Shown here: positions 29,106-37,581 of the stretch, in pieces
Position numbering within the stretch: position 1 is the stretch's first letter
How the letters are laid out: every line of letters starts with the position of its first letter
Assembly: GCA_913043225.1 (NCBI GenBank)
Contig: CAJWLU010000015.1
Location: 1 to 64,000 of the forward strand
Source: an uncultured Acidobacteriota bacterium
Lineage (GTDB): Bacteria; Acidobacteriota; Vicinamibacteria; Vicinamibacterales; UBA8438
Reading direction: 5' to 3'
Length of the DNA: 64,000 bases
Notes under the pieces: model-generated
Databases searched by the model: none
What the model saw: only the letters and a program-made list of their open reading frames with translations
Told to the model about the DNA's origin: nothing
Program-made: the position numbers and the translations under genes

Positions 29106-30440
29106 ATGAGGATGTTGACAGTTGCGGCGGGAGTGGCACTGGTGCTGCAGGCGGCGAACACAGGGGCGCAGACCGCGGCGGTGGCGCCGACGCCGACCTA
29201 CACCGAGCATGTCGCGCCCATCCTGCAGCAGCGGTGTGGGGGATGCCATCGTCCGGACGGGATCGGGCCGATGGCGTTACATACCTACCAGGACGCCCGT
29301 CGACATGCCTTCATCATTAAGAGCCGCGTCGAGCAGCGGGTCATGCCACCCTGGCATCTCGACCGGACGGTCGGGATTCAGGAGTACAAGAACGACATTT
29401 CGCTGACCGACGACCAGATCGCCACCATTACTCGATGGGTCGACGCCGGCGCGCCCGAGGGCGATCCGGCGCTCGCGCCCGCGCCGGTCGAGTGGTCGGT
29501 CGGTGGCGAATGGACGCTCGCCGAGCAACTGGGGCGTCCGCCCGATTTCGTCGTCCGTTCGGCGCCCTACACGGTCAAACCGAATGCGCAGGATCAGTGG
29601 TGGACGCCGAGTCTGCCGTTCGAAGGGCTGGATGGGCCACGCTGGGTCAGGGCCTCCGAGTTCAAACCCGCTTATCCCCAAGGCACGAAGGTGGTGCACC
29701 ACGGACACGCCCAGTTGGTGCAAGAGCTGCCGGATGGCAGCCGGCGTCTCCGGGCGCTGGGACGCTACGGCGTGGGCAAGCCGGGCGATATTTTCCCCGA
29801 CGATGTGGGGATGAAGATCGAGCCGGGCGGCACCGTCAGTTGGAACTTGCACTACTACCCGATTGACGTCGAGGTGCCTAACGACGTCGTCGAGGTGGGC
29901 CTGTGGTTCTATCCGAAGGGTGACGAGCCGCAGCTTGAGACCCAGGGTGAGGTGCGGTTCACCGTCGACCAGGGTGGGAACATGCCCTGGGCCGGCGACA
30001 TCGTGATTCCACCCCATTCGTTAAAGGCGCAGCAGGGTATCCACGTGCTCGACCGTGCTGCGCTGGTGCACAGTTTCCGCCCGCACATGCACATGCGAGG
30101 CAAGGAACAGTCGGTCGAGGCGATCTATCCGGATGGTCGTCGCGAGATGTTGGCCAAGGTGGACCGCTACAGCCACATCTGGCAGATCTCGTATCTCTTT
30201 GCGGACCATGTGAAGCCGTTACTTCCGGTCGGTACGACGCTGCTGTTCACGTCGTTGTGGGACAACACCGCTGCCAATCCGTTGAACCCGGATCCGGATC
30301 AGTGGGTGGTCTTCGGCCAGCGCGGCGTTGACGAGATGTCCCATGTCTGGCTCGGGATGACCTACCTGACCGAGGAGCAGTACGACGAGCAGGTGTTTGC
30401 ACGCGGGCGTCCAGAGCGCACCGAGGGTGGTGGAGAGTAG
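29106..30440 (+). CDS. Cytochrome c fused to a copper type II monooxygenase (PHM/DBH)-like domain
   Basis: Signal peptide; VAPILQQRCGGCH...MPPW; VHH, LHY, PHMHMRG, DEM. Confidence 0.8.
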   Translation: MRMLTVAAGVALVLQAANTGAQTAAVAPTPTYTEHVAPILQQRCGGCHRPDGIGPMALHTYQDARRHAFIIKSRVEQRVMPPWHLDRTVGIQEYKNDISLTDDQIATITRWVDAGAPEGDPALAPAPVEWSVGGEWTLAEQLGRPPDFVVRSAPYTVKPNAQDQWWTPSLPFEGLDGPRWVRASEFKPAYPQGTKVVHHGHAQLVQELPDGSRRLRALGRYGVGKPGDIFPDDVGMKIEPGGTVSWNLHYYPIDVEVPNDVVEVGLWFYPKGDEPQLETQGEVRFTVDQGGNMPWAGDIVIPPHSLKAQQGIHVLDRAALVHSFRPHMHMRGKEQSVEAIYPDGRREMLAKVDRYSHIWQISYLFADHVKPLLPVGTTLLFTSLWDNTAANPLNPDPDQWVVFGQRGVDEMSHVWLGMTYLTEEQYDEQVFARGRPERTEGGGE

Positions 30441-31182
30441 CGCCACGGCGTCGACGACAGCCGAGCCGGCCCCGCCCCGGACCCGGCGCTGGGTAGCCCT
30501 CCACGGTTACAACGTCCGGATCTGTCACTGGATTAACGTCATCGCCGGCGGCTACCTGCTACTGAGCGGCATCCACATCTTCCTCGACTTTCCAGAGCTT
30601 TACTGGGGCCACACCGGCTACCAGGGCTATCCGGCCATCTTCCGTCTGTCGGATTGGGGGCTGTCCTGGGACGAGGCGGGTGAATTGGGTAACCGGATGT
30701 GGGGACGGAACTACCATTTCACCTTTGCCTGGGTCTTTTTGATCAACGGGGTGATCTACGCCGTTTGGAGTGCCTGGACCGGCCATTTTCGGGCGCGGCT
30801 CTGGCCTGCGCGTGAAGACCTGCGCGCCTCGGCGCTCTCGGGCGAGCTGCGGGAGCATCTCCGCTGGTCGTCACCGGCCCGCACCGCAGCCACCCGCTAC
30901 GGGACGCTGCAGAAGTTGTCCTACAGCTTCATGGTGTTCGTATTCGTGCCGCTCATGCTATTGACCGGTCTGGCCCAGGCGCCGGCCTTTGCCGCAGCGT
31001 GGCCGTGGCTGCTCGATCTCTTTGGCGGGCGACAGACGGCGCGGACGCTGCACACGATCGGTACGGTTGTCTTTGTGCTGTTTGTCGTCGTGCACGTGCT
31101 GGAGGTGCTGTTGTCCGGCGCCGTGAACCGGATACGGGCCATGGTGACTGGACGCTTTCGTCTTCCGGAGGAAGCCCAATGA
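30430..31182 (+). CDS. Cytochrome b (Ni-hydrogenase CytB/YdhU-like) membrane subunit
   Basis: 4 TM with His ligands (RICHW, YHF, LHT, VHV); YGTLQKLSY. Confidence 0.85.
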   Translation: MESSATASTTAEPAPPRTRRWVALHGYNVRICHWINVIAGGYLLLSGIHIFLDFPELYWGHTGYQGYPAIFRLSDWGLSWDEAGELGNRMWGRNYHFTFAWVFLINGVIYAVWSAWTGHFRARLWPAREDLRASALSGELREHLRWSSPARTAATRYGTLQKLSYSFMVFVFVPLMLLTGLAQAPAFAAAWPWLLDLFGGRQTARTLHTIGTVVFVLFVVVHVLEVLLSGAVNRIRAMVTGRFRLPEEAQ

Positions 31183-31937
31183 GTGAGAGACGCGCAGGCA
31201 TCACCCGTCGTCGCATGTTGGTCAGTGTGCCGGCTCTTGGTGGCTTGCTGGTGACCGGGTGTTCCGACACCTTCCGCCCCCCGGTGGTGCGCAGCGGGCT
31301 CATCGGCGCCGCCGACGTCCTCACCATGAGCACTAGTCGCTGGCTGCAGGCGGATCAGCCGCTGGCGCGCGAGTACGGCCGGGAGCACATCGCCCCGGAG
31401 TTTCCGACCTGGGGACAGACTAATCCCGACGACGAGCGCTATCAGCAGCACGTCAGCGAGCAGTTCCGCCACTGGGCGCTACCGGTCGGTGGGCTGGTCG
31501 AGCAGCCACGTTCCTTCTCGCTTGCTGACATCAAGGCGCTGCCGGTACGGACACAGATCACGGCCCATGTGTGTGAACAGGGCTGGTCGGCGATCGCCGA
31601 GTGGGTCGGAGCGCCGCTCTCGCTGCTTCTTGAGGCGGCCGGCGGTGTTAAGCCGGAAGCCCGGTACGTGGTCTTCCATGCCGTCGACGGTTGGTACGAG
31701 AGCATCGACATGTTCGAGGTGGTGCATCCCCAGACCATCCTGGCTTACGGGCTCAACGGCGAGGAGCTTCCGGTCGGGAACGGCGCTCCGCTCCGGCTGC
31801 GGGTAGAACGCCAGTGCGGCTACAAGAACATCAAGTTCATCCAGTCGATCGAGGTGGTCGACTCGCTGGCCGGCATTCGCCGCGGTACCGGCGGGCTCAG
31901 CTCCGACTTTGGCTTCCACTGGTTCGGTGGCGTATGA
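31179..31937 (+). CDS. Tat-exported sulfite-oxidase-family molybdoenzyme (MsrP-like)
   Basis: TRRRML; HVCEQGWS (Mo-ligand Cys), GAPLRL, GYKNIK. Confidence 0.88.
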   Translation: MSERRAGITRRRMLVSVPALGGLLVTGCSDTFRPPVVRSGLIGAADVLTMSTSRWLQADQPLAREYGREHIAPEFPTWGQTNPDDERYQQHVSEQFRHWALPVGGLVEQPRSFSLADIKALPVRTQITAHVCEQGWSAIAEWVGAPLSLLLEAAGGVKPEARYVVFHAVDGWYESIDMFEVVHPQTILAYGLNGEELPVGNGAPLRLRVERQCGYKNIKFIQSIEVVDSLAGIRRGTGGLSSDFGFHWFGGV

Positions 31938-32818
31938 GGAGTTGCAGACTTGCCGTTGTGTCGGTGGTGCTTCTCTCGGCGTCGACCGCTGCGGCGCAGG
32001 CTGAGGGGACGATTCAGACGGCGGTCGCGTTGCAGTGGTCGAACCCGGACGGGTACGAGCGTCTGAGCTATGGGAACCATCCGTTGCAGTTTGGCGACCT
32101 GCGGGTGCCGGCTGGCGAGGGACCGCATCCGGTGCTGGTGGTCGTACACGGCGGGTGCTGGCGGTCGGACATTCCGCTGGACTACATCGGCCGGTTCTCC
32201 GAGGCGCTGACGGCCGAAGGGGTCGCTACCTGGACCATTGAGTATCGGCGAGTCGGTGACGAGGGCGGGGGCTGGCCGGGGACGTTTAACGATGTTGGCG
32301 CGGCGGTCGATCATCTTCGAGTCCTCGCGGATGTGCACCGGTTGGATCTGGCGCGGGTCGTCGTGGCGGGACACTCGGCTGGTGGCCATCTGGCTCTCTG
32401 GCTCGGCGAGCGGCATCGGCTGGACGACGTCTCCCTCGCGGGCCGGGATCCGCTAAAGGTCGCTGGCGCGGTCTCTCTCGCCGGTGTCGACGACCTCCGG
32501 CGAGCGCTCGCTGACGGCGTGTGCGGCGATGTGGCGGCGCGGCTCGTCGGGGGCACGCCCGGCGAGCGTCCCGATCGCTACGCCCTGGTCTCGCCCGCCG
32601 AACTGCTGCCGGCCACGGTGCCGCAACACCTGGTGAATGGCAGCCTCGATACCATCGTGCCCGACACGTTCGGCCGTGCCTATGCGGATAGAGCCTCGAG
32701 TGTTGGCACACCGGCCGGCTTGACCCTGCTTCCTGATGCGGGGCACTTTGAAGTGGTCGCTCCCGACGCGGACGAATGGGCGACGGTGCGGGACATCGTG
32801 CTTAGACTGCTGCCGTGA
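31934..32818 (+). CDS. Exported alpha/beta hydrolase (esterase)
   Basis: HGGCW, EYRR, GHSAGG, D..VP, GHF; ATGA overlap. Confidence 0.88.
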   Translation: MRSCRLAVVSVVLLSASTAAAQAEGTIQTAVALQWSNPDGYERLSYGNHPLQFGDLRVPAGEGPHPVLVVVHGGCWRSDIPLDYIGRFSEALTAEGVATWTIEYRRVGDEGGGWPGTFNDVGAAVDHLRVLADVHRLDLARVVVAGHSAGGHLALWLGERHRLDDVSLAGRDPLKVAGAVSLAGVDDLRRALADGVCGDVAARLVGGTPGERPDRYALVSPAELLPATVPQHLVNGSLDTIVPDTFGRAYADRASSVGTPAGLTLLPDAGHFEVVAPDADEWATVRDIVLRLLP

Positions 32819-33666
32819 GCTGGCGGCCAGCCCTCGCGCTCATGGGCACCCTGGCCACTCTCGGGCTGTTCGTGGGAGCGATGCTCCTGCTGGTCTGGGT
32901 TTTTCAGCGATCGCTGATCTACTTCCCGTTCGATGAGGTGCCGCCACCCGATCGCCTCGGGTTGAGCGGAGTGGACCCGGTCTGTCTGTCGACCGCCGAC
33001 GGTCTCACGTTGGGGGGATGGTTCTTTCCGCAGCCGGCGGGCGCCTCGACCTGGACCGTGGTGGTCTTCAACGGGAACGCTGGTAATCGGTCGCATCGTG
33101 TTGGCCTGGCCGAGGCGCTACGTGCTCGTGGCTACCAAGTTTTGCTGCTCGACTATCGCGGCTTCGGAGGGAACCCTGGGCGTCCGAGTGAGACGGCGCT
33201 GATCGAGGATGCTCAGGCCGCGTTTGCCTTCCTGACTGACCGGGACGGCGTGGGGCCTGGCCGGCTCGTCTACTTTGGCGAGTCGCTCGGATCCGCGGTG
33301 GCCGTGCAGCTGGCGGCCTTACATCCGCCCGCGGCTATGGTGCTGCGGTCGCCGTTCACGTCGCTGGTGGATGTCGGTCGGGTGCACTATCCGTTTTTGC
33401 CCGTTGGATGGTTACTCGAGGACCGTTTCTCCTCTATCGACCTGGTGGGCGAGATGACGGTGCCGACGCTCGTTGTGGCCGGGGACCGCGATCGGGTCGT
33501 GCCTGCCAAGCAGAGCCGCCGGCTCTTCGAGCGCATCGCGGGATCGAAGAAATTGGTGCTGCTGACCGGACTAGACCACAACGACCCTGCCCTGACCGAC
33601 GGCCCGCCGCTTATCAACGCGGTCGATGCCTTCCTGGCCACGTTTGGGGACGACGACCGTCGATAG
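32815..33666 (+). CDS. Membrane-anchored alpha/beta hydrolase (BEM46/ABHD13-like)
   Basis: QRSLIYFP, GNAGN, DYRGFG, GESLG, DHND. Confidence 0.88.
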   Translation: MSWRPALALMGTLATLGLFVGAMLLLVWVFQRSLIYFPFDEVPPPDRLGLSGVDPVCLSTADGLTLGGWFFPQPAGASTWTVVVFNGNAGNRSHRVGLAEALRARGYQVLLLDYRGFGGNPGRPSETALIEDAQAAFAFLTDRDGVGPGRLVYFGESLGSAVAVQLAALHPPAAMVLRSPFTSLVDVGRVHYPFLPVGWLLEDRFSSIDLVGEMTVPTLVVAGDRDRVVPAKQSRRLFERIAGSKKLVLLTGLDHNDPALTDGPPLINAVDAFLATFGDDDRR

Positions 33667-33701
33667 GTGTTGGTTTAGCCTGGTGATAGGCTCGGCCCAT
33701 T

Positions 33702-34331
33702 GTGCGTGTCCTGCTGGCCTCGCTCCTGGCATCGACCGTCGTTGTCCCGCTCTCGGCCACCGAGCGTGCTGTCGTCGTGCTTGTGCCCACCGCCTCCGAC
33801 GACCGCTTGGTGCCCGTCAGGGAAGCGATCCAGTTCTGGAACGACCGGTTGACCGAACTGGGCTTGGACCTGCGCATCGGGTTCCCCGAGGTTCGTGTCG
33901 CCGATCCGTTGGCCCGGAGTCTCGAGACCTACGCACGCGCGGTCGCTACCCGAGCCATTCAGCAGCTGCCGACCGGCGTCTTTGAGCCTGACCCGCCTGA
34001 GGCATTCACTCGCTTGGGCGGCGACATTATCCTACTCTTGTCTGGTCAGGACATCATGTCCTATGCCTGGCCGTTGCCCCGGGTCGAGCCGCGGCGCCAC
34101 TTTGTCGTGATCCGCATGGCGCGCGGACCTTATCGGTCAGATTCCATGGTCTCGAGTCACGTCGTAGCGCACGAGATTGGACACACACTAGGCCTGACCC
34201 ACAACGACGAGGTGCATACGTTGATGTGCGGTCCCTGCCAGCCCTTGACGGCCGAAACCGATGAGACCGGCTTCCTGCCGCTCACCGAGACCGAGCGGGC
34301 CCGGCTCGTGGACTTGCACGGCACACGCTGA
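33702..34331 (+). CDS. Exported matrixin-like zinc metallopeptidase
   Basis: HEIGHTLGLTH plus Met-turn (TLM). Confidence 0.8.
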   Translation: MRVLLASLLASTVVVPLSATERAVVVLVPTASDDRLVPVREAIQFWNDRLTELGLDLRIGFPEVRVADPLARSLETYARAVATRAIQQLPTGVFEPDPPEAFTRLGGDIILLLSGQDIMSYAWPLPRVEPRRHFVVIRMARGPYRSDSMVSSHVVAHEIGHTLGLTHNDEVHTLMCGPCQPLTAETDETGFLPLTETERARLVDLHGTR

Positions 34332-34362
34332 GGGCGGGAGACGCACTCTGAGGAGAAGCACC

Positions 34363-35226
34363 ATGCGAATGATGGCGATGACGTGGGTGGGATGGCTGTC
34401 GGTCGCGGCCTTGGCGGCGGCGCAGACACCTTCGGAGGTGCTCGCCCCGGACGGTCTGCGCGCGAATCGGATCACGTTTTCTCCGATCATGGATGTACTT
34501 GGTCGTCCGGAGAGTACAGTGACCGATGCCCAGCTCGAGCAACTCGCCGACCTGCCGCTCGAGTCGATCTGGAGCACGCTCGGCGAGTATCGCGTGAACT
34601 ACGTGCGCGGCTTCACTAGTACCCAACCAGGCGCCAGGGTCGCCGGTCGTGCGCTGACAATGCGGTTCCTGCCTCCCCGTCCAGACTTGGTCGAAGCCAT
34701 CGACACGCTCGCGGCCGAGGGTGACTGGGATCGGCGCTACTACGCGAGAGCGGCCGAGGAGGCTCGTCCTGGTGACATCGTGGTGGCGGAATTGGGCGGC
34801 GCCGACGGCCACAATCTGTTCGGCGCGATGGGCGCGCTCGGCATCAAGCTGCGGGGTGTCCGCGGCGTGATCATCGACGGAGGTAGCCGCGACCTGATCG
34901 AGCTTCAGGACGAAATGTTTGCCGGGTTCCCCGTCTTTGCCCGCTTCTTCGATGTACACACGACCAGCTGGCTCGGGGTGGAATGGAACGCCCCGGTCCG
35001 GATTGGCAGGACCACCGTACTGCCCGGCGATGTGGTCGTGGCTGATGACGGCGGTGCGCTGTTTTTTCCGGAGAGGCTCGTGGCGCAAGTGCTCGAAGCG
35101 GCGAGTGCGCGCGACGCCCTCGAGGAGTACGAGCGCGAGCTGCTCCGTTCGCGGATGTATCGGTTCCGAGACGTTTATCCGTTGTCGGAGGAGCTTCGCG
35201 AGGAGTACGAGAGACAGCGCCGCTAG
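34363..35226 (+). CDS. Exported RraA/HMG-aldolase-family protein
   Basis: SD AGGAG; signal peptide; GRALTMRF.P.RPD, IDGGSRD, PGDVVVADDGG. Confidence 0.82.
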   Translation: MRMMAMTWVGWLSVAALAAAQTPSEVLAPDGLRANRITFSPIMDVLGRPESTVTDAQLEQLADLPLESIWSTLGEYRVNYVRGFTSTQPGARVAGRALTMRFLPPRPDLVEAIDTLAAEGDWDRRYYARAAEEARPGDIVVAELGGADGHNLFGAMGALGIKLRGVRGVIIDGGSRDLIELQDEMFAGFPVFARFFDVHTTSWLGVEWNAPVRIGRTTVLPGDVVVADDGGALFFPERLVAQVLEAASARDALEEYERELLRSRMYRFRDVYPLSEELREEYERQRR

Positions 35227-35341
35227 GCGTCGTCGTCAGGAGAGCGAACAACCAGGCCACCCCGAGGGCCGACTAGAACCGATCGTTATCCATCTGGTTG
35301 CTCCTCGGCCGCCCGACCCGCCGTCCGGCTTCGCTTGCGGT

Positions 35342-35369
35342 CTGACTTGGGACACTGGACTCGTATAAT
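35342..35369 (+). promoter_or_regulatory. Putative sigma70 promoter for 35443
   Basis: CTGACT-N16-TATAAT. Confidence 0.5.
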
Positions 35370-35442
35370 CATCCCAGTTTCTGACAGCGACCTCCCGGAA
35401 CGAGCTGACGTGCACTCCCGCGCAGAGGGGGTGGAGGACAAG

Positions 35443-36405
35443 ATGCGAAGCAAGCTGGTACTCGTGCTGCTGGTCGGAGTCGTGGGTCTTGGTGTGTCGG
35501 TCGTTGGTGGGCAGGAGGGAAGCAACGGCGTCGACGGCTATGCGCCGAAGCGGATCAACAAGGCGATAGAACTCCTTGAGGCCGACCAGCCGATCTACTA
35601 CACACAGGTCAACGGCGGCGGCTATGAGGAAGGGCAGGCGCTGGCTCAGACCTGGGCCGACTACATCACCTACAACCTCGAGCACAGTCCGTTCGACATG
35701 AGTGAACTGCGGGCGTTTATGCAAGGTCTGGTCGATGGTGGGCCGACCAAGAGCGGTCATCGTACCCCGACTGTGATCGCTGTGCTTCCGTTCGGCGGCA
35801 TCAACGAGACGGTGATGTGGGCTAACTATTGGATGGTCGAGCACCTGCTCGGATCGGGCGTCCATGGGGTGTTGCTGGCCCATGCCAACTCGCCCGAAGT
35901 GGCCAGGATCATGGTGCAGGCCGCGCGCTATCCGCACGTGCCGGCGGCAGAGGGCATCGGAGAGGGGCTGCGCGGGAATGGTGGACAGGGTTTCGCCGCC
36001 CGTATCTGGGGTGTATCGAACACCGAGTATCAGCGGATGGCCGACGTTTGGCCGTTTAATCCGGACGGTGAGATCTTACTGGGACTGAAGATTGAGAACC
36101 GTCACGCCCTCGAGAACGCCGAGGCCAGCGTGGCGGTGCCCGGGATCGGGTTTGCCGAGTGGGGGCCGGGCGACATGAGCCTGTCCTACAACGTCAGCCG
36201 CGGCGGCACGACCCCGCAGGTGCTGCAGGACGCGCGGGACCGGGTCTTTACCGCGACCAAGGCGGCAGGGATTCCGTTCCTCAACAGCATGAATGCCGAT
36301 ACGGTCATTCCGATGATCGACGAAGGGGTGCGGATTGGGTCGAACCCGGGGCCGGAGGTCGCCGATATGGGTCGTCGCCACACCGACCGGCAGATGCCTT
36401 GGTAG
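35443..36405 (+). CDS. Exported HpcH/HpaI aldolase/citrate lyase family protein
   Basis: SD GGAGG; signal peptide; LEHSP, GVHGVLL, KIEN, WGPGDM. Confidence 0.82.
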   Translation: MRSKLVLVLLVGVVGLGVSVVGGQEGSNGVDGYAPKRINKAIELLEADQPIYYTQVNGGGYEEGQALAQTWADYITYNLEHSPFDMSELRAFMQGLVDGGPTKSGHRTPTVIAVLPFGGINETVMWANYWMVEHLLGSGVHGVLLAHANSPEVARIMVQAARYPHVPAAEGIGEGLRGNGGQGFAARIWGVSNTEYQRMADVWPFNPDGEILLGLKIENRHALENAEASVAVPGIGFAEWGPGDMSLSYNVSRGGTTPQVLQDARDRVFTATKAAGIPFLNSMNADTVIPMIDEGVRIGSNPGPEVADMGRRHTDRQMPW

Positions 36406-36638
36406 CTTGCCTTTCACCTGTCACATGTCTCACACTCTGAGGAGCCTGCCGCCTCCCCAGGGGGTGAGCATTTGTTTGGTCTCAATCGTTGCGGTGTCTC
36501 CCAGCTGATCGTCCCGCTGAGCGTCTTTGGTGCTCTGGCCGTGGCTCGCGCCGCGGTCCGTCGGCTTGAAGGGATGTAGGGATAGTGTCGTCTCCGTGCC
36601 ACTGAGGTGCTCTAGGCGTTCCGCTTCCGAAGGCCGGG

Positions 36639-37286
36639 CTATTCGACGAGTGAGAAGGTGACCGACGCCATCGTGTCAGCCCAGAACATCGCGAGCCGTC
36701 CCCCGGTCTCAGTCACGTCCAGAAACTGCCAGGAGAGCTGATCGAACGCCCAGGGAGGCGTCTCGACGTCCATCGGTATCCTGAGGACGTCCCGGTCGTC
36801 GGTATACCCATAGGCGCCATACAACGCCTCCGAAAAGTCCTCGTCGAAGGTTACTTGGGCTGGCCACGACGACACAATGAACTCCCATGGCGACGCGGCT
36901 AGATCGATGAACAGGGTGTAGGTGCCTGCCTCCAGCCGGGTATCGTCGAGCATCAGCGGGACGTCGGTGATGAGCTGCGTGGTGTGGTTAGCACCGGCTC
37001 GCCACACTTCGGCTCCGTCATTCAGCGCCTCGCGGTAGTCATCCAGTCCGAAGATATTCCGTCCTCGGGTTAAGGGGCGCCCGTAACGCACTTCGATCCA
37101 TTTGTCGTTCACGAAGCCCCGGACCGGATCGAAGGGGCTGCCGCCCACCTGGGTGGCCGAGCGGCCGGCCGGACTCATGATCCGGCGCTCCTGGGCGGTC
37201 GCGGAGAACTCGGTGAAGGTCGAGATCAGCAGGCAGAGTGGGAGCAGTGCGGCTAGACCGAAGGTGAGGTGTCGAGAGGTCATCAT
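36639..37286 (-). CDS. DUF2911-domain exported protein
   Basis: SP, YGRP..RGR.IFG, VWRAGAN..T, AGTYTLF. Confidence 0.82.
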   Translation of the reverse strand: MMTSRHLTFGLAALLPLCLLISTFTEFSATAQERRIMSPAGRSATQVGGSPFDPVRGFVNDKWIEVRYGRPLTRGRNIFGLDDYREALNDGAEVWRAGANHTTQLITDVPLMLDDTRLEAGTYTLFIDLAASPWEFIVSSWPAQVTFDEDFSEALYGAYGYTDDRDVLRIPMDVETPPWAFDQLSWQFLDVTETGGRLAMFWADTMASVTFSLVE

Positions 37287-37466
37287 CGGCGCAGTGTAGC
37301 GCGTCGTTAGCAGATTCATGGCCACAACTTGGCCGCATCTCGCGCTGTTTCGCTACGTCCCGTGACTGAGCCCGTCATCGACGGGTTCCTCTACCGCCGA
37401 CAGGCGACGGTGGCGCCGTTGAGTTGCTGTCTCGCTCGATGACGGCGATGCGGCCTCCAGTCCGTC

Positions 37467-37494
37467 TTGACACCGGCGGTCCCGGCGCCATAAT
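37467..37494 (+). promoter_or_regulatory. Putative sigma70 promoter for the PQQ dehydrogenase
   Basis: TTGACA-N16-CATAAT. Confidence 0.6.
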
Positions 37495-37581
37495 CAGACG
37501 AATACGCGAATCAGGAGGTGCGGCGACGCTGTTTCGGTCCGTTGGATGGGCGGGGCGCCGGACGCCACCGGAGGTTACAAG

